A DNA stretch of 63,930 nucleotides, filler included, from Trichosphaerium sp. ATCC 40318 (GCA_038496445.1; 3 parts of 3 records of this genome joined end to end with filler, not necessarily neighbours in it); one strand, 5' to 3'; numbered from the whole stretch's first letter, positions 39,233-50,456 are shown. Notes: a model not told the origin generated them from the letters alone. A program made the numbers and translations.

Positions 39233-39855
39233 TGTTTTTTGAATGATACTCCAGTAACAGATGAAGGTGTAAAGGCACTTGCTGGAGTTCATACTATTGA
39301 TCTTGGTGGCACTTCAGTAACAGATGAAGGTGTAAAATCACTTGCTGGAGTTCGTAATATTTATCTTCATGGCACTTCAGTAACAGATGAAGGTGTAAAA
39401 GCGCTTGCAGGAGTTCATTATATTAGCCTTAAGCGTACTTCAGTCACAGATGAAGGTGTTAAAGCACTTGCTGGAGTTCATACTATTGACCTCAATGGCA
39501 CTTCAATAACAGCTGAAGGTATAAAGGATTTGACCTGAAATAGCGCTATTTTATTGTAACGTTAAGCCTACTTTTAAAAAGCCATTCCTGATTAATAGCA
39601 AGCACGTGACTTTCTGGTCGAATGCTCGCGTAAAGTGCTACATAAGGATACACTAATAGTACAGCTTGCAGAGTTGCAAAAGGTTATCTATGTTCACAAA
39701 CGGTGCCGAAAAATAAGGAGTAGCGCTAACACAAACTAGCGCTATTTCAGGTCAAATCCAAAAGCGCTTGTTGGGAAAAAAAAGTAAATGCACGTTACAC
39801 TTTAGTAACAAAAGAAGGAGTTAAAGCTTTAAAAGGAACTAGTGTATGGATATGA
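39233..39855 (+). pseudogene. 5'-truncated LRR pseudogene (paralogue of 49044-50243) interrupted by a MITE
   Basis: About five 22-aa LAGVHTIDLxxTSVTDEGVKA repeats. The frame resumes after the MITE with KALVG..VNARYTLVTKEGVKALKGTSVWI* (one A-run frameshift). Confidence 0.85.
39526..39759. mobile_element. 234-bp MITE with perfect 23-bp TIRs and 3-bp TSD (PIF/Harbinger-like)
   Basis: GGATTTGACCTGAAATAGCGCTA ... TAGCGCTATTTCAGGTCAAATCC. Removing it plus one AAA restores GGT ATA AAA GCG CTT (GIKAL). Confidence 0.92.
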
Positions 39856-39987
39856 TTCGAATAAAGTCGCAGTATTGTCTTCTATGTCACAATCATCTTG
39901 TGTTTGCGTATTGTACGCTATAATCTCTTTGTACACTCCCTTATCCAGACTTTGTTGAAACTATTTTATTTGAATGTAAGTACTATA

Positions 39988-40853
39988 TCACTTATTCTTT
40001 ACAGCAGTCTTCTTGTTTGCAGTATTCTTGGTGTCGAAGCATTTCTCCTTTACATCTTTAAGAGCTTTGGCCCATTTTGCAGCAGAAAACATGGCTGAAA
40101 TAATGACAGCAATCAATGCAACTCCATCAGTTGCGAAGATAGCAACCAGTTTGGCAATGAGTATTAATCCCCATTTCAACCATTTCAACCTGAAAAACAA
40201 AACATGTTAGAAACCAGTAGTAGCTTCAAAACCATACTTTGTTTTAGTTGTATGTTTCTTCATTTGATTCTTGATAGCGGTGATTATTTTCTTGGTTGAT
40301 ATTGCCTTGAGAAATCCAATGATAGCCTTTGCTTTTCCTTTTTGTGTTGTTGCCTAAAAGATAGAATTAGTTTGTTGGCAAGTGTTATGCGCGGAATTTC
40401 CATACTTTCTTGATCACTGTAAAGGCTTCTTTGAACTTGGATTTCGGATCTTTCTCTTCGTTCATTAATTCCTCAGCAGCTCCTCCAGCAATCTCATCAG
40501 GGAGACCAAGCATTTTAAGGAACAAACCTAAACATAGACAAGTCAGAAATGAAACTAAACCAAGAGAAAGTGCACTTACGGATAGTAGCAACACCAAACT
40601 TGATCACTGCTTTTTGACAATCCGATGATCCATTACGAGGTTTATGTACAAAATCCTTGTCTGTAGCCGCTGGTACTTTGATGATTTCAGTCCCTTTGTT
40701 TGAAAGGAGTGTCTTCTTTTGCTCTTCAATCTCTTTTTTAACTTCTGCTGCACTGGCTTCAGGAACAGATTCCTTGAATAACTTGATAGCCTCGGTCATA
40801 TTGTCGGCTATGGCTTCTTTGTATTCTTTGGCGTATACTTTTTCGTCAGACAT
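39988..40853 (-). CDS. Hypothetical helical protein with a C-terminal hydrophobic hairpin (FATDG motif), 4 exons
   Basis: Spliced translation ends WLKWGLILIAKLVAIFATDGVALIAVIISAMFSAAKWAKALKDVKEKC, with one N-terminal Cys (SSDCQKA). Confidence 0.7.
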
Positions 40854-41550
40854 TGGTTTTCTATCATGTACAAGTTAGTCCCAAATAGGGTAGCAACGGA
40901 AACAAGATCTGTGCTTACTGTTGAGTGTTGTTTTGTGAGTTGTTGTTTGTTGGTTGTAACTTGTTAATTTATGTTGTTGATGGAGTTTCAGATGTGCATT
41001 ACAATCTATGAATACTCGTCAGTATTCACGTGAATTTACAAATATCGTTGTCGCTACGTATAACTAAGTCGCTTGTAGTTTACTATTAAGACGATGTTAT
41101 TATCATTATAACAAGCAGGTTGATTAGTTTATTGCCGGCATTACAATTGTTAAGAGTTCAATGAAATGGATAATTAGTTTATTTATTTCTTAACACCAAT
41201 TTATCATGCAATTGTTTAAGGCAGGCGCCCAAAATTAGACAATCATATCCTCAATTAGAGGTAGTAAATTATGACCTGTACGTGAGAGTCGATGATCCGT
41301 CCGTAATGAATGGTTTGATTTCACCATTAAAAAAAACAGGGCTGGGGCAACATCGCTTTTCAGACAGTTTTGGAATTCGAGAATCTTTGAGACATTTTTG
41401 CTCACATCAGAATTACTATTTTAAACATGACGTAGTATTCTATAGCTATAGCCACCAAAAGCCATTTTGCGATTCGTTGATGCTGTTCCGAGGAAAAGTA
41501 CCGACAGTCAAAACATTTTTTTTGGAATTTCTAAAGCAACTTGTTCAAAA

Positions 41551-41697
41551 TGTCGTATAACTTAGCTAAGGTTATAAGACGAGTTGTTGCAGGTACGAGG
41601 TAAGGAGAATTCTAAGTTTATTAATCTTATTACAAAATAAGGAACTTCGTTATATTCAGATAACGAATGACGGATATGAATGTGTTCATATACGACA
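41551..41697 (-). repeat. 3' LTR
   Basis: TGTCGTATA...TATACGACA 9-bp terminal inverted repeat; identical to 48746-48892. Confidence 0.97.
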
Positions 41698-41699
41698 TA

Positions 41700-41713
41700 C
41701 TCCCTCCTTCTTT
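41700..41713 (-). other. Polypurine tract
   Basis: AAAGAAGGAGGGAG on the minus strand, 2 nt before the 3' LTR. Confidence 0.85.
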
Positions 41714-44700
41714 AAGAGAAGCGTCTCTGCTTCTGTATTTCATGGGCGAACACTGTGTCGAAATTGTTTATCCAATTGTCCAAGAGTGTGAGCGCATCAT
41801 TTTTGGTCTTTGTTTTCTTGATATCGCGTTTGAATTCGGATGCGCGATCTCTGTTCTTAATAAATCCAGCGCTAGGTTCCACAACATTCCTGAGATTTGT
41901 TCTGAATGAGCTATGTAGCGTAGGAGTTTTAGTTTTTGAGATCTTCTTCCTGGCGTTCGTGATGATGTCCTTGAATGTTTGCATCAGAGGTGGATATTCG
42001 GTAGTAGTTTCAACATCAGTGACAGTGTTTTCAGGAGGAGGAGGTAGTGAGGATGGAGGAGACCCTGTTAATGAGGGCGTATCAATGTTGGTAGGAGCAT
42101 TGTCAGCGTCCTGGTTGTTCTGTAAAGGTGTAGTTGTGTCAACCGTTTGTTCTTCATTGTCGGCGTAGTATATACGATCGTACGCTTCATCTTCACGCAA
42201 GTGGTACTTGGCGTGAGGCAGATTCTTTAGAAGTTTTGTGACCGCCTTATACGTGTCTTTATTGATTTGATCGATTGAGTCATGCGATTTGTACTCAATG
42301 ATCCTTTTCATGTCAACACTTTCAGTGTGACCTTTGACGTTGTGTCTGAGTTTGTAAGTTTTAGGTCCGATAACACCTGTAACGGTGTACGGGCCGTGTC
42401 TTTTGTTTTTAAGCTTTTTAGGTCCTTCACCTTGAAGCTCTTTCCATACCAGTACTTGCTGGCCGATGGAGAATGTTTTAATAACTTCAGGTACATTTCT
42501 ATCTTTGTACCTTTGGTATTCAGCTTGTCGTTTGCGCGTGTGTTCGCGAACTAGCTCTTGAGTTTCTGCAATAGTCTTAACCATATTGGCTGTGTATGTT
42601 GCTGCATCAACATGATCTGTAGGCATGTTGGTAGCATATACTTGATCGATTGGTAGGCGAGGTTCTCTACCAAAAAGAGCGAAATGAGGGCTAACTCCAG
42701 TGGTACGATTGATAGTACTATTAAAGGCGAATTGTAGGAATGGCAATTTATTATCCCAATCATGTGGGTCATTAGCAGTAAGTGCACGTAGTAATGGTAC
42801 AGCTGTGCCGAAGGATCGTTCAGCTTGACCATTACATTGAGGGTTATAAGGTGAGATGAAACGATTTTCTATTTTAAGCGTTTCACATATTCTACTGATT
42901 ATGGCGCTTCTAAAATTGGAGCCATTATCGCTGATGATTGCTCAGAACGCGCCAAACTTGGTAATGATCCTATCACATATTGCATCAGCTACTAGATCAG
43001 ACGTGGTAGAGCTCATTGGAACGAACTCGTGCCATTTAGAAAGTAAGTCTGAAATAGACAATATGTATGAGTTACCTTTATAGGAAGTAGGAAATGGACC
43101 AGATATGTCGACAGCAATAACATCCCAGGGATGTTCAGCTGTGATAGGAATCATGTGTCCATCTTTAGTTGTTTTAGAACGGAACTTTCGCTTTTGGCAG
43201 ATGTCACATTTAGATGTGTAATTTTGTATATCTGCTAACATGTTTTTCCAATAAAAACGACTTCTGATATTATTGTACATTTTATTAACGCCAACATGAG
43301 CGCTTAGTGGAGAGTCATGAAAATGACGCAACACGTCTATTTTAAGACAGTCAGGTACAACGATCCTAAAGGTGCCATTGGCTTTAACATGACCGGGTGG
43401 AACTGAGAAGTTATTGAGAACACCATCAGAGTCTAATGCGAAAGTGCCATTACGAGTGAGTTTAGGTTGTGAGAGTGTACTAGTCTCCAACTCAGCAATA
43501 ATAGGAAATAAGTCAGGGTCAGCTCTTTGTAAATTGCTAATATTTATTTTTCTTTGATTTAGTTCAGGTACAAAGGGCGAACTATTAACAACAGAAGTGT
43601 TATTCACTTTGTATACAATATTACCTTTAGCATCTTTGATATTGAAACTAAGGTTGGCCTTCTCTAAATCTTGAGGGTCCAATAGCGCTTCTAGTTCTTC
43701 TTCAAGTTCTTGATCACCTTCGAATTCAAGTCTTGACAGCGCATCAGCGTTAGCGTGTGATCTACCTTTTCGATATTGTATGTCAAAGTCATAATCTGAC
43801 AATTTCATGACCCAACGCATAAGAATTGGAGTGGGATCATGGAAGTTTTTAAGATATAGTAAGGCCTTGTGATCGGTAACTATAGTAAACTTATTAGGGA
43901 GTAAGTAATGACGGAATTTAGTGACTGCAGCTACCATGGCCCAGCACTCTTTTTTCCATATTTCCCATTTCTTAACTCTTTCTGGTTTGAGCTTTTTTGA
44001 GAAATACTCCACAACATGGAGTTCACCATTATGCTCTTGTTCAAGTACCGCACCAATAGAATGTTTAGATGCGTCTGTATGCAGTACGAAGGGCTTTGAA
44101 TAATCAGGCGGAACTAAGACAGGATATGATGTAAGCTTATTTATTAGGGTGTTCCATGCTTTTCCTTGTACAGCATCATCCCATACAAATGGTACATCTT
44201 CTTTGAGTAGTTTGGTGAGTGGTTGAGTTATGCCAGCAAAATCTTTGACAAACTTTCTATAATAACCAGCTAAGTGTATAATCGAACTGAGTTGTTTCTT
44301 ACCAGTCGGTTTGACTACTGATTGTAGTTTACTAATTTTACTTTCGCTAGGAACCATAGCTTTACCAACTAATGTATGTCCTAGATGATCCATTTCAGTA
44401 GCGAAGAGCACTGTTTTCTTAGGAGACATACGCACATTGTATTTAATACATACGTCATAAAATTCTTCAAGGTGTTTGAGCATCTGGTCAACTGTGTCAG
44501 CGCCAGTACCAACATCATCGAAGTAAGGTTCTGTATGATTTAGTGAGCTGAATATATTATTCATAGCTTCTTGAAATTCAGCAGGTGAGTTTTTGTAACC
44601 CATGGATAGGACGTTGAAAACGTATACTCCCTTTTTAGTGACAAATGCAGTATACTTACGACTGCTGTCATGTAAACGGAATTGGAAGAAGCCTTGAGGT

Positions 44701-47700
44701 AAGTCATGTGCACATTTGTATTTCCATTTAGAAAATTTATTAAGCATTTCATTACAATCTGGAATTTGGTATGGATAAAATTCTGTATTATCATTAACTT
44801 TAGCAGGATCTATGATAAAGCGATCGTCACCAGTTTTCTTCCGAAGTACCATAGCATGAGATACCCAGTCAGAACCAGTTACTTTAGAGACTATTCCTTG
44901 CTCTACTAAACGATCAACGCACTTCTGTAGACGCTTTTCATACTTGGCTGCATAGCGTCTTCTTTTAACTCTGTGAGGTACAGTGTTTTCTCTAATTTTG
45001 AGTTTGATGGGTTCATATTTGACTTGTCCATACTTTTTAGGTGGTTTGTAAACACGTGTACCTTTGACTTTTAATAAATTGACCAAGTTATTACGCTGGT
45101 TCGTATCAAGCACTTTAGTGTTGACTTGAATGTCTTTTAACACTTGATTGTTCTTTAATTCAATTAACGTTTCAGTACCTGTATCTGGTGTACGATGGAG
45201 AAAGCGTTCTACTGGAGGAGGAGTGCCTTTAGATGGTTCTAGTTCTGGTAGTTCTATAGATTTACTGAATTCTTTAGATTTGTTAGTAGGTTCAGTATTA
45301 GGTATTAACACAGAGTAATCTAATCTAGTTTTATTGCTGTTGATTTTACCTAGGCGGTTTACAAACGCGTAGGCGAGAACATCTCCCTTTTTAACGGTGA
45401 TAGGGATGTCGCGGCTATCTTTGTCGTGGTGTAGGATAGTAAGATACACTTTGTTATCTTTACTAACACAGGCGCCAGTGCCAACCATCGAAACCAATAC
45501 TTTGTGATTCTTCTTTCTAAATTCGAGGGCTTTGTTGATAGTAATCTCGGAGAAGGGTGGTAGAGGTGGCAGCTTGAAACAAAAGACGACGCCATCGCGG
45601 TTATTGAACTCGATTGAAGCATCTTTGTCGGATATAAGAGCTGTTTTCCGGTAATCAAACGTCTCGAATGATATTGGTGTGCAATATGTTGCAACTTTCT
45701 TAATGTTCATCTTTTGTATGGCCTTCTTGATGACTTGAGGAGGTTGGTTCTTGAGGTCCTCTCTGATTTGTTTATCGCCTTTCTTATCAATAAAGTGATC
45801 ATCACCGCCTTCATTGAGTTCTTTTTCGAGGTCGTCCTGAAATTGTTCAGTAGTGGTGGGAGTGATAGTGGTTTCTGAGTCTTTGTCAGACAACTTGTTT
45901 GGTTTGTTGTACTCTTGCTGGTATAATTTTTCAGCGAAGGGGGAATTATCACCAGTGATAGGTGGTTCAGGCTTGATTGTAATGCCAGTGGCATTGCTGA
46001 ATGGTATAACAGCGAAGTGTGATGAGGCGTGTATCATTTTGTTATGGAGGTCAATGACCGCTCCCGCTTTAATGAGAGTGTTAATGCCGAGTACAATGTC
46101 AAATCTCGGTTTCTCCATGATGTGGAGGTTTTCATTGATTTTGAGGTCCATGAAATCAATGTCGGTGCTAATGATTCCTAAAGATTTCTCAGAAACGTCA
46201 TTTAAGATGTCGCTGGTGACTCTAATGGTCTTACCGTTGTTAATAGGTATGATATCTTTATCTGCTTCTCATAGCTTTCTGTTGACGTAGTTAATGCAGT
46301 CCTTGCTGATGACTGATATGGTTGAACCAGTATCAATCATGGCAGGTATTCTGCGCCTTCCCAAGATAATGTGAATAATTGGGAGCATCTCGCCATCAAT
46401 ACTGAACTCACTTGTACCAACATTGCAAGGAACTTCTTTAATAAATTTGTTGTTGTACTTTAGTGCAAGTTTGATGACACCATCACTAATCTGGCTCTTC
46501 GGTTTCTTTTTGATTGGTGTTACCTTCTTCTTTGGAGGTGTAGGGTCGACTATGAAGGGATCATCATCTTCATCGTCGCTAGAAAGCGCTAAGGGAGCCG
46601 CATAGGGGTTGTTGCTTTGAGGGTGATTAGGCGATTGGTTGTATGGATCAAAGTTATTTTGTTGAGGTTGGTTGTAGAGCGCTTGAAACCCATTGTTATC
46701 TTGATATCCTTGATAAGGAGGAGTGAACGGGTTACCATTGTCTATAGAAAGCGCAACGTTAGATTTGTTCATTGAATTGGAGGACTTACTATTGTTCCAT
46801 TGATCCAAATTCTTTTGACGAGCATTATCGCGTTGATTTTGAAAGTTAGCGTATACGCTGCATGTTTCTCCGTTCTTGTGTTCTGGGCCATAACATGTAG
46901 CACACAGAATACGTCCATCTTGTTCAATAGTGCGGGCATAGTTGTTACGTCTTTGGTTGTTTCGATTGTTGTTGCGTTGGTTAAAACGCTGGTTGTTACC
47001 GCGTTGGTTGTTGTGACGCTGCCCTTGTTGATTGTTGTAGTTGTTGCGTTGTTGCTTTTGGGGATGTCCACCATTGAAACGGTTGTTAAACTTCCTGTTG
47101 GAAGTAAGCTTATCAATCTTTTTGTTCAACTTTTCTATTTCTTTTTCTAGGTCACATGCCTTTTGAAGTTGCGCTGATTGAACGCCATTATTATCTGTTT
47201 GCGAAGAATTGATCCAATGAGGAGGGCTATGAGAAGAGTTTGAAGAATTATTGCCAGAACTATCATGACTAATTAGATTAGAGTGTGAACTGGAAAGTTT
47301 GTATTGAATTTCTTTTTTCTCCGCTTTTTCTAAGATTTTTTCTGCGTAATATTTGGACTTAATGTCACCATTCTCATAGTCTTTTTTAAGTTTAACGTAT
47401 GTAGGGTATACTTTAGCTCGGAGGGCTTTCTTTAATCCGAGTACAAATTGTTCCGTGATTGCGGAAGAACGTTTATTAGCATACAATGCTGTTTCTTTAA
47501 GACGTCTCATGTACTGACGACATGTCTCATCATGTAATTGTACACAATCCCTAAAATGAATCACAGATTGAGCTTTGTCCAGCGGAGTAATAATTTCCGC
47601 GATTATAGCGTCATATAGCTTCTTAGGCTTTGCATCTAGCGGGATTGTGGTAAGTAACTTTTTAAGTTCTTCGTTTTTAACATTTACTCTGAGCGCTATG

Positions 47701-48317
47701 GCCAGGGTTTCATCGTCCACGTCATAAGTTTTAGCTAGACTAACACTGAATTTGTACCAGTGGTCTACAGATGCACGGTTTTTTGTTTTAAGATGCGGGA
47801 CATAAGCGAGCACATTTTTTAAAACAGTGGGAGATTTTTTTTTTTTTGCATTTTCGGATTTACCGGTTTTCTTATTTTCTGTCTTTTCATCCTCACCGTC
47901 GGAGCTGTCCTTATCCGTAATATCGGATTCTGTGGAGTCAGCTAATGTGTCTGATTCATCTCCCACATATCCCCTTTTTACCGCTACTGATAGTGGAGTA
48001 GGTTGTTCTATGTTGGTTGGACTTTTGGGATGAACTTTCTTATCAGCTTTTACGTTTAATCCTTCAGGATTAGACAACCCAGCCATTAATTCTTTTTCGA
48101 ACCTTTGAGGTTTTGTGGAAGCGGGAGGATCTGTGGGTTCTTCATATTGTTCATCACTTTCTGATGCTTCTTCTGTTTGTTGTTCAAGGTCTTTGTCTTC
48201 ACGTTGTATTTGTTCCATGTCCTGTAAAGCGGAACTGCCGCTATTACCGGAGTCTAGATCGCTTTCCTCACTGATATTAGGAAGGGGAATGTCACCTTTG
48301 CGTGGTGTATCAGTCAT
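41712..48317 (-). pseudogene. Single-frame gag-pol polyprotein (about 2200 codons) with two in-frame TGA stops
   Basis: The three listed ORFs share one frame. Zn knuckle CATCYGPEHKNGETC; PR IDTGS...DIVLG; RT YFDD; RNase H LHTDAS/TDHKAL; IN HHCC, VDISGP, ISDNGSNF, GQAER, GPY. Stops at 46269-46271 (inside PR) and 42942-42944 (inside IN). Confidence 0.92.
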
Positions 48318-48732
48318 GACAAGACACAAGAGGAGAAGTATGAAGAGGGATGTGATTTGGTATAAAAGTTTTATTTTTGTTATACAAGAGGCTTGTACGC
48401 CTTTACAGTGTTGGGGATTAGTAATCCCTTGAGTGTAGAAGTAGATTGGTGTTACTATTGAGTTGTGAATCAAAAAGTCGCGCGGTATTTTGATTCACAC
48501 GAAGGTCTTGGCTTCGTATAGGTGATGTTTTGGCGCTAGTAAGCGACTTACACGAGCGGATCCGTAGTCCGACGTAGATACTGCGAGCTTAGTCGACTTA
48601 CGTAGAAGTAATGTACGGTCTTAGCCGTGGCTTATAGCCAGAGAGAGAGGGAGTTCTTTGACTCCAAAAGTAATAGCACGAAAGGTGCCGAGTGTAGGTT
48701 GATATTAAGAGTACTTACCTTATGCTAAAATC

Positions 48733-48743
48733 CAGTGTCGCCA
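48733..48743 (-). other. Primer-binding site (possibly tRNA-Ser)
   Basis: TGGCGACACTG 2 nt after the 5' LTR is complementary to a tRNA 3' end CAGUGUCG-CCA (G discriminator). The tRNA identity is inferred. Confidence 0.75.
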
Positions 48744-48745
48744 CG

Positions 48746-48892
48746 TGTCGTATAACTTAGCTAAGGTTATAAGACGAGTTGTTGCAGGTACGAGGTAAGG
48801 AGAATTCTAAGTTTATTAATCTTATTACAAAATAAGGAACTTCGTTATATTCAGATAACGAATGACGGATATGAATGTGTTCATATACGACA
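48746..48892 (-). repeat. 5' LTR
   Basis: Identical to 41551-41697. Confidence 0.97.
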
Positions 48893-49043
48893 AAAAGCGA
48901 CTGCTGCCGCCTGTTTTTTTTTGATGGCGAAATCAAACCCCGAAAAAAATAGACTAATATTATTTAACCTACCAATAGTTTAAAAAGAACACAGTGCCGC
49001 TTCAAGGCGCAAAAATAATAACTACCTTCAAAGATACGCGATT

Positions 49044-50243
49044 ATGCTTTCCTCAGACGTTACAATCAACGACACCACCAGTGTGAGTTTATTACGACTA
49101 CCTACAGAGATAATAGCGCATATTTTACGCCAAACAACCAAATCGCGATTTGCAGCTTGCCAGACCTGCCATTTTATGGCATCTATCGTGCGTGATGTTA
49201 TTGGCTACGGAAGTATCGTCATTGAATCCTCATCGGAAGTAGAATCACTTCTACAACACAAAGGCATTCTCAAAAACACTAAGATTGTACTTGATGGTTG
49301 CTTTGATGACAATAGTATCAAAAAGCTTGCAGGTGTTCGTAGCATTACCCTTTATGAGACTTCAGTAACAGATGAAGGCATTAAAGCGCTTGCAGGAGTT
49401 CATTATATTAGCCTTATGAGTAGTTCAGTAACAGGTGAAGGCATTAAAGCGCTTGCAGGAGTACATACAATTGACCTTTATGCCTGTGAAAATGTGACTG
49501 ATGAAGGCTTTAAAGCACTTGCTGGAGTACATACTATAAACCTTGGAAGCACTTCTATTACAGATGAAGGCATTAAGGCTCTTGCCGGAGTTCACACTAT
49601 AAGTCTTATATTTACATCAGTATCAGATGAAGGTGTTAAAGCGCTTGCTGGTGTACATACTATAAATCTATCGCGCACTTGTGTTACAGACAAGGGTGTT
49701 AAAGCACTCAAAGGTGTTCATAATATTAATCTTGATAGCACAAAAGTTACAGATGAAGGTGTTAAATCACTCAAAGGTGTTCATACAATTAGTCTTTGTA
49801 ACACTTCAGTGACGGATGAATCTATTAAAGTACTTGCTGGAGTTCATACTATTTACCTCAATAGCACTTCAATAACAGATGAAGGCATCAAATCGCTTAA
49901 AGGTGTTCATACCATACACCTTGGTAGCACTTCCGTGACAGACAAAGGCATTAAGGCTCTCGCTGGAGTTCATAATATCGTCCTACGTGACACTTCAGTA
50001 ACAGATGAAGGCATTAAGGCTCTCGCTGGAGTTCACACTATAAATCTTATACATACTTCAGTAACAGATGAAGGTATTAAAGCGCTTGCAGGTGTTCATA
50101 CCATTTACCTCAATGGCACTTTAGTGACAGATGAAGGCATTAAAGCACTGAAAGGGGCAAGTTACGTTTCAGCTGATAACACTTCTGTAACAGAAGAAGG
50201 TGCTAAAGCGCTAATTGGAACCCGTGTGACATATGACATCTGA
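49044..50243 (+). CDS. Intronless F-box plus 22-aa leucine-rich repeat protein
   Basis: F-box SLLRLPTEIIAHIL...ACQTCHFM, followed by about 13-14 repeats of LAGVHTINLxxTSVTDEGIKA. Confidence 0.9.
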   Translation: MLSSDVTINDTTSVSLLRLPTEIIAHILRQTTKSRFAACQTCHFMASIVRDVIGYGSIVIESSSEVESLLQHKGILKNTKIVLDGCFDDNSIKKLAGVRSITLYETSVTDEGIKALAGVHYISLMSSSVTGEGIKALAGVHTIDLYACENVTDEGFKALAGVHTINLGSTSITDEGIKALAGVHTISLIFTSVSDEGVKALAGVHTINLSRTCVTDKGVKALKGVHNINLDSTKVTDEGVKSLKGVHTISLCNTSVTDESIKVLAGVHTIYLNSTSITDEGIKSLKGVHTIHLGSTSVTDKGIKALAGVHNIVLRDTSVTDEGIKALAGVHTINLIHTSVTDEGIKALAGVHTIYLNGTLVTDEGIKALKGASYVSADNTSVTEEGAKALIGTRVTYDI

Positions 50244-50456
50244 CTGATAATGGCTTTCTTGAACCCATACTCCAGGCTTTCTTGTAAAATGCCATGCACA
50301 GTGTACTAAGCCATTTATAAAAGAACATAGACGCGATTGCTATCTTTATTATTAGCATTAATTTGCTGTTGGTTTAGTCATTCTTGCCTTTTCACGCGCG
50401 GGACTTGCCTGAATTAGAAAATCGGTGAATTTATTTTAGTTGTGCCACTATTTCAA

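Larger units (their letters stand above)
41551..48892 (-). mobile_element. Full-length Ty3/gypsy (Metaviridae) LTR retrotransposon
   Basis: Identical 147-bp LTRs with TG..CA ends, AAAA TSD, PBS, PPT, and gag-PR-RT-RH-IN order. Confidence 0.97.
41312..48939. mobile_element. Older MITE (about 280 bp, possibly Mutator-like) split by the gypsy insertion
   Basis: Left TIR GGTTTGATTTCACCATTAAAAAAAACAGG (from 41312); right TIR CCTG-T9-GATGGCGAAATCAAACC (to 48939). Flanks CCGTAATGAAT and CCGAAAAAAAT match at 8/11 (degenerate TSD). Confidence 0.7.

Noticed and set aside
42942-46271. Genome-wide UGA reassignment (Trp or Sec) to explain in-frame TGAs
   Set aside because: The conserved Trp sites I checked in MEMO1, PNPO, UHRF1 and pol use TGG. 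TGA terminates several intact genes (50243, 59869, 39988). In-frame TGAs were seen only in TE or pseudogene DNA.
48318-48473. Upstream extension of the gag ORF with a hydrophobic stretch
   Set aside because: It begins at a non-ATG codon in the structured leader. The ATG at 48317 is the more plausible start.
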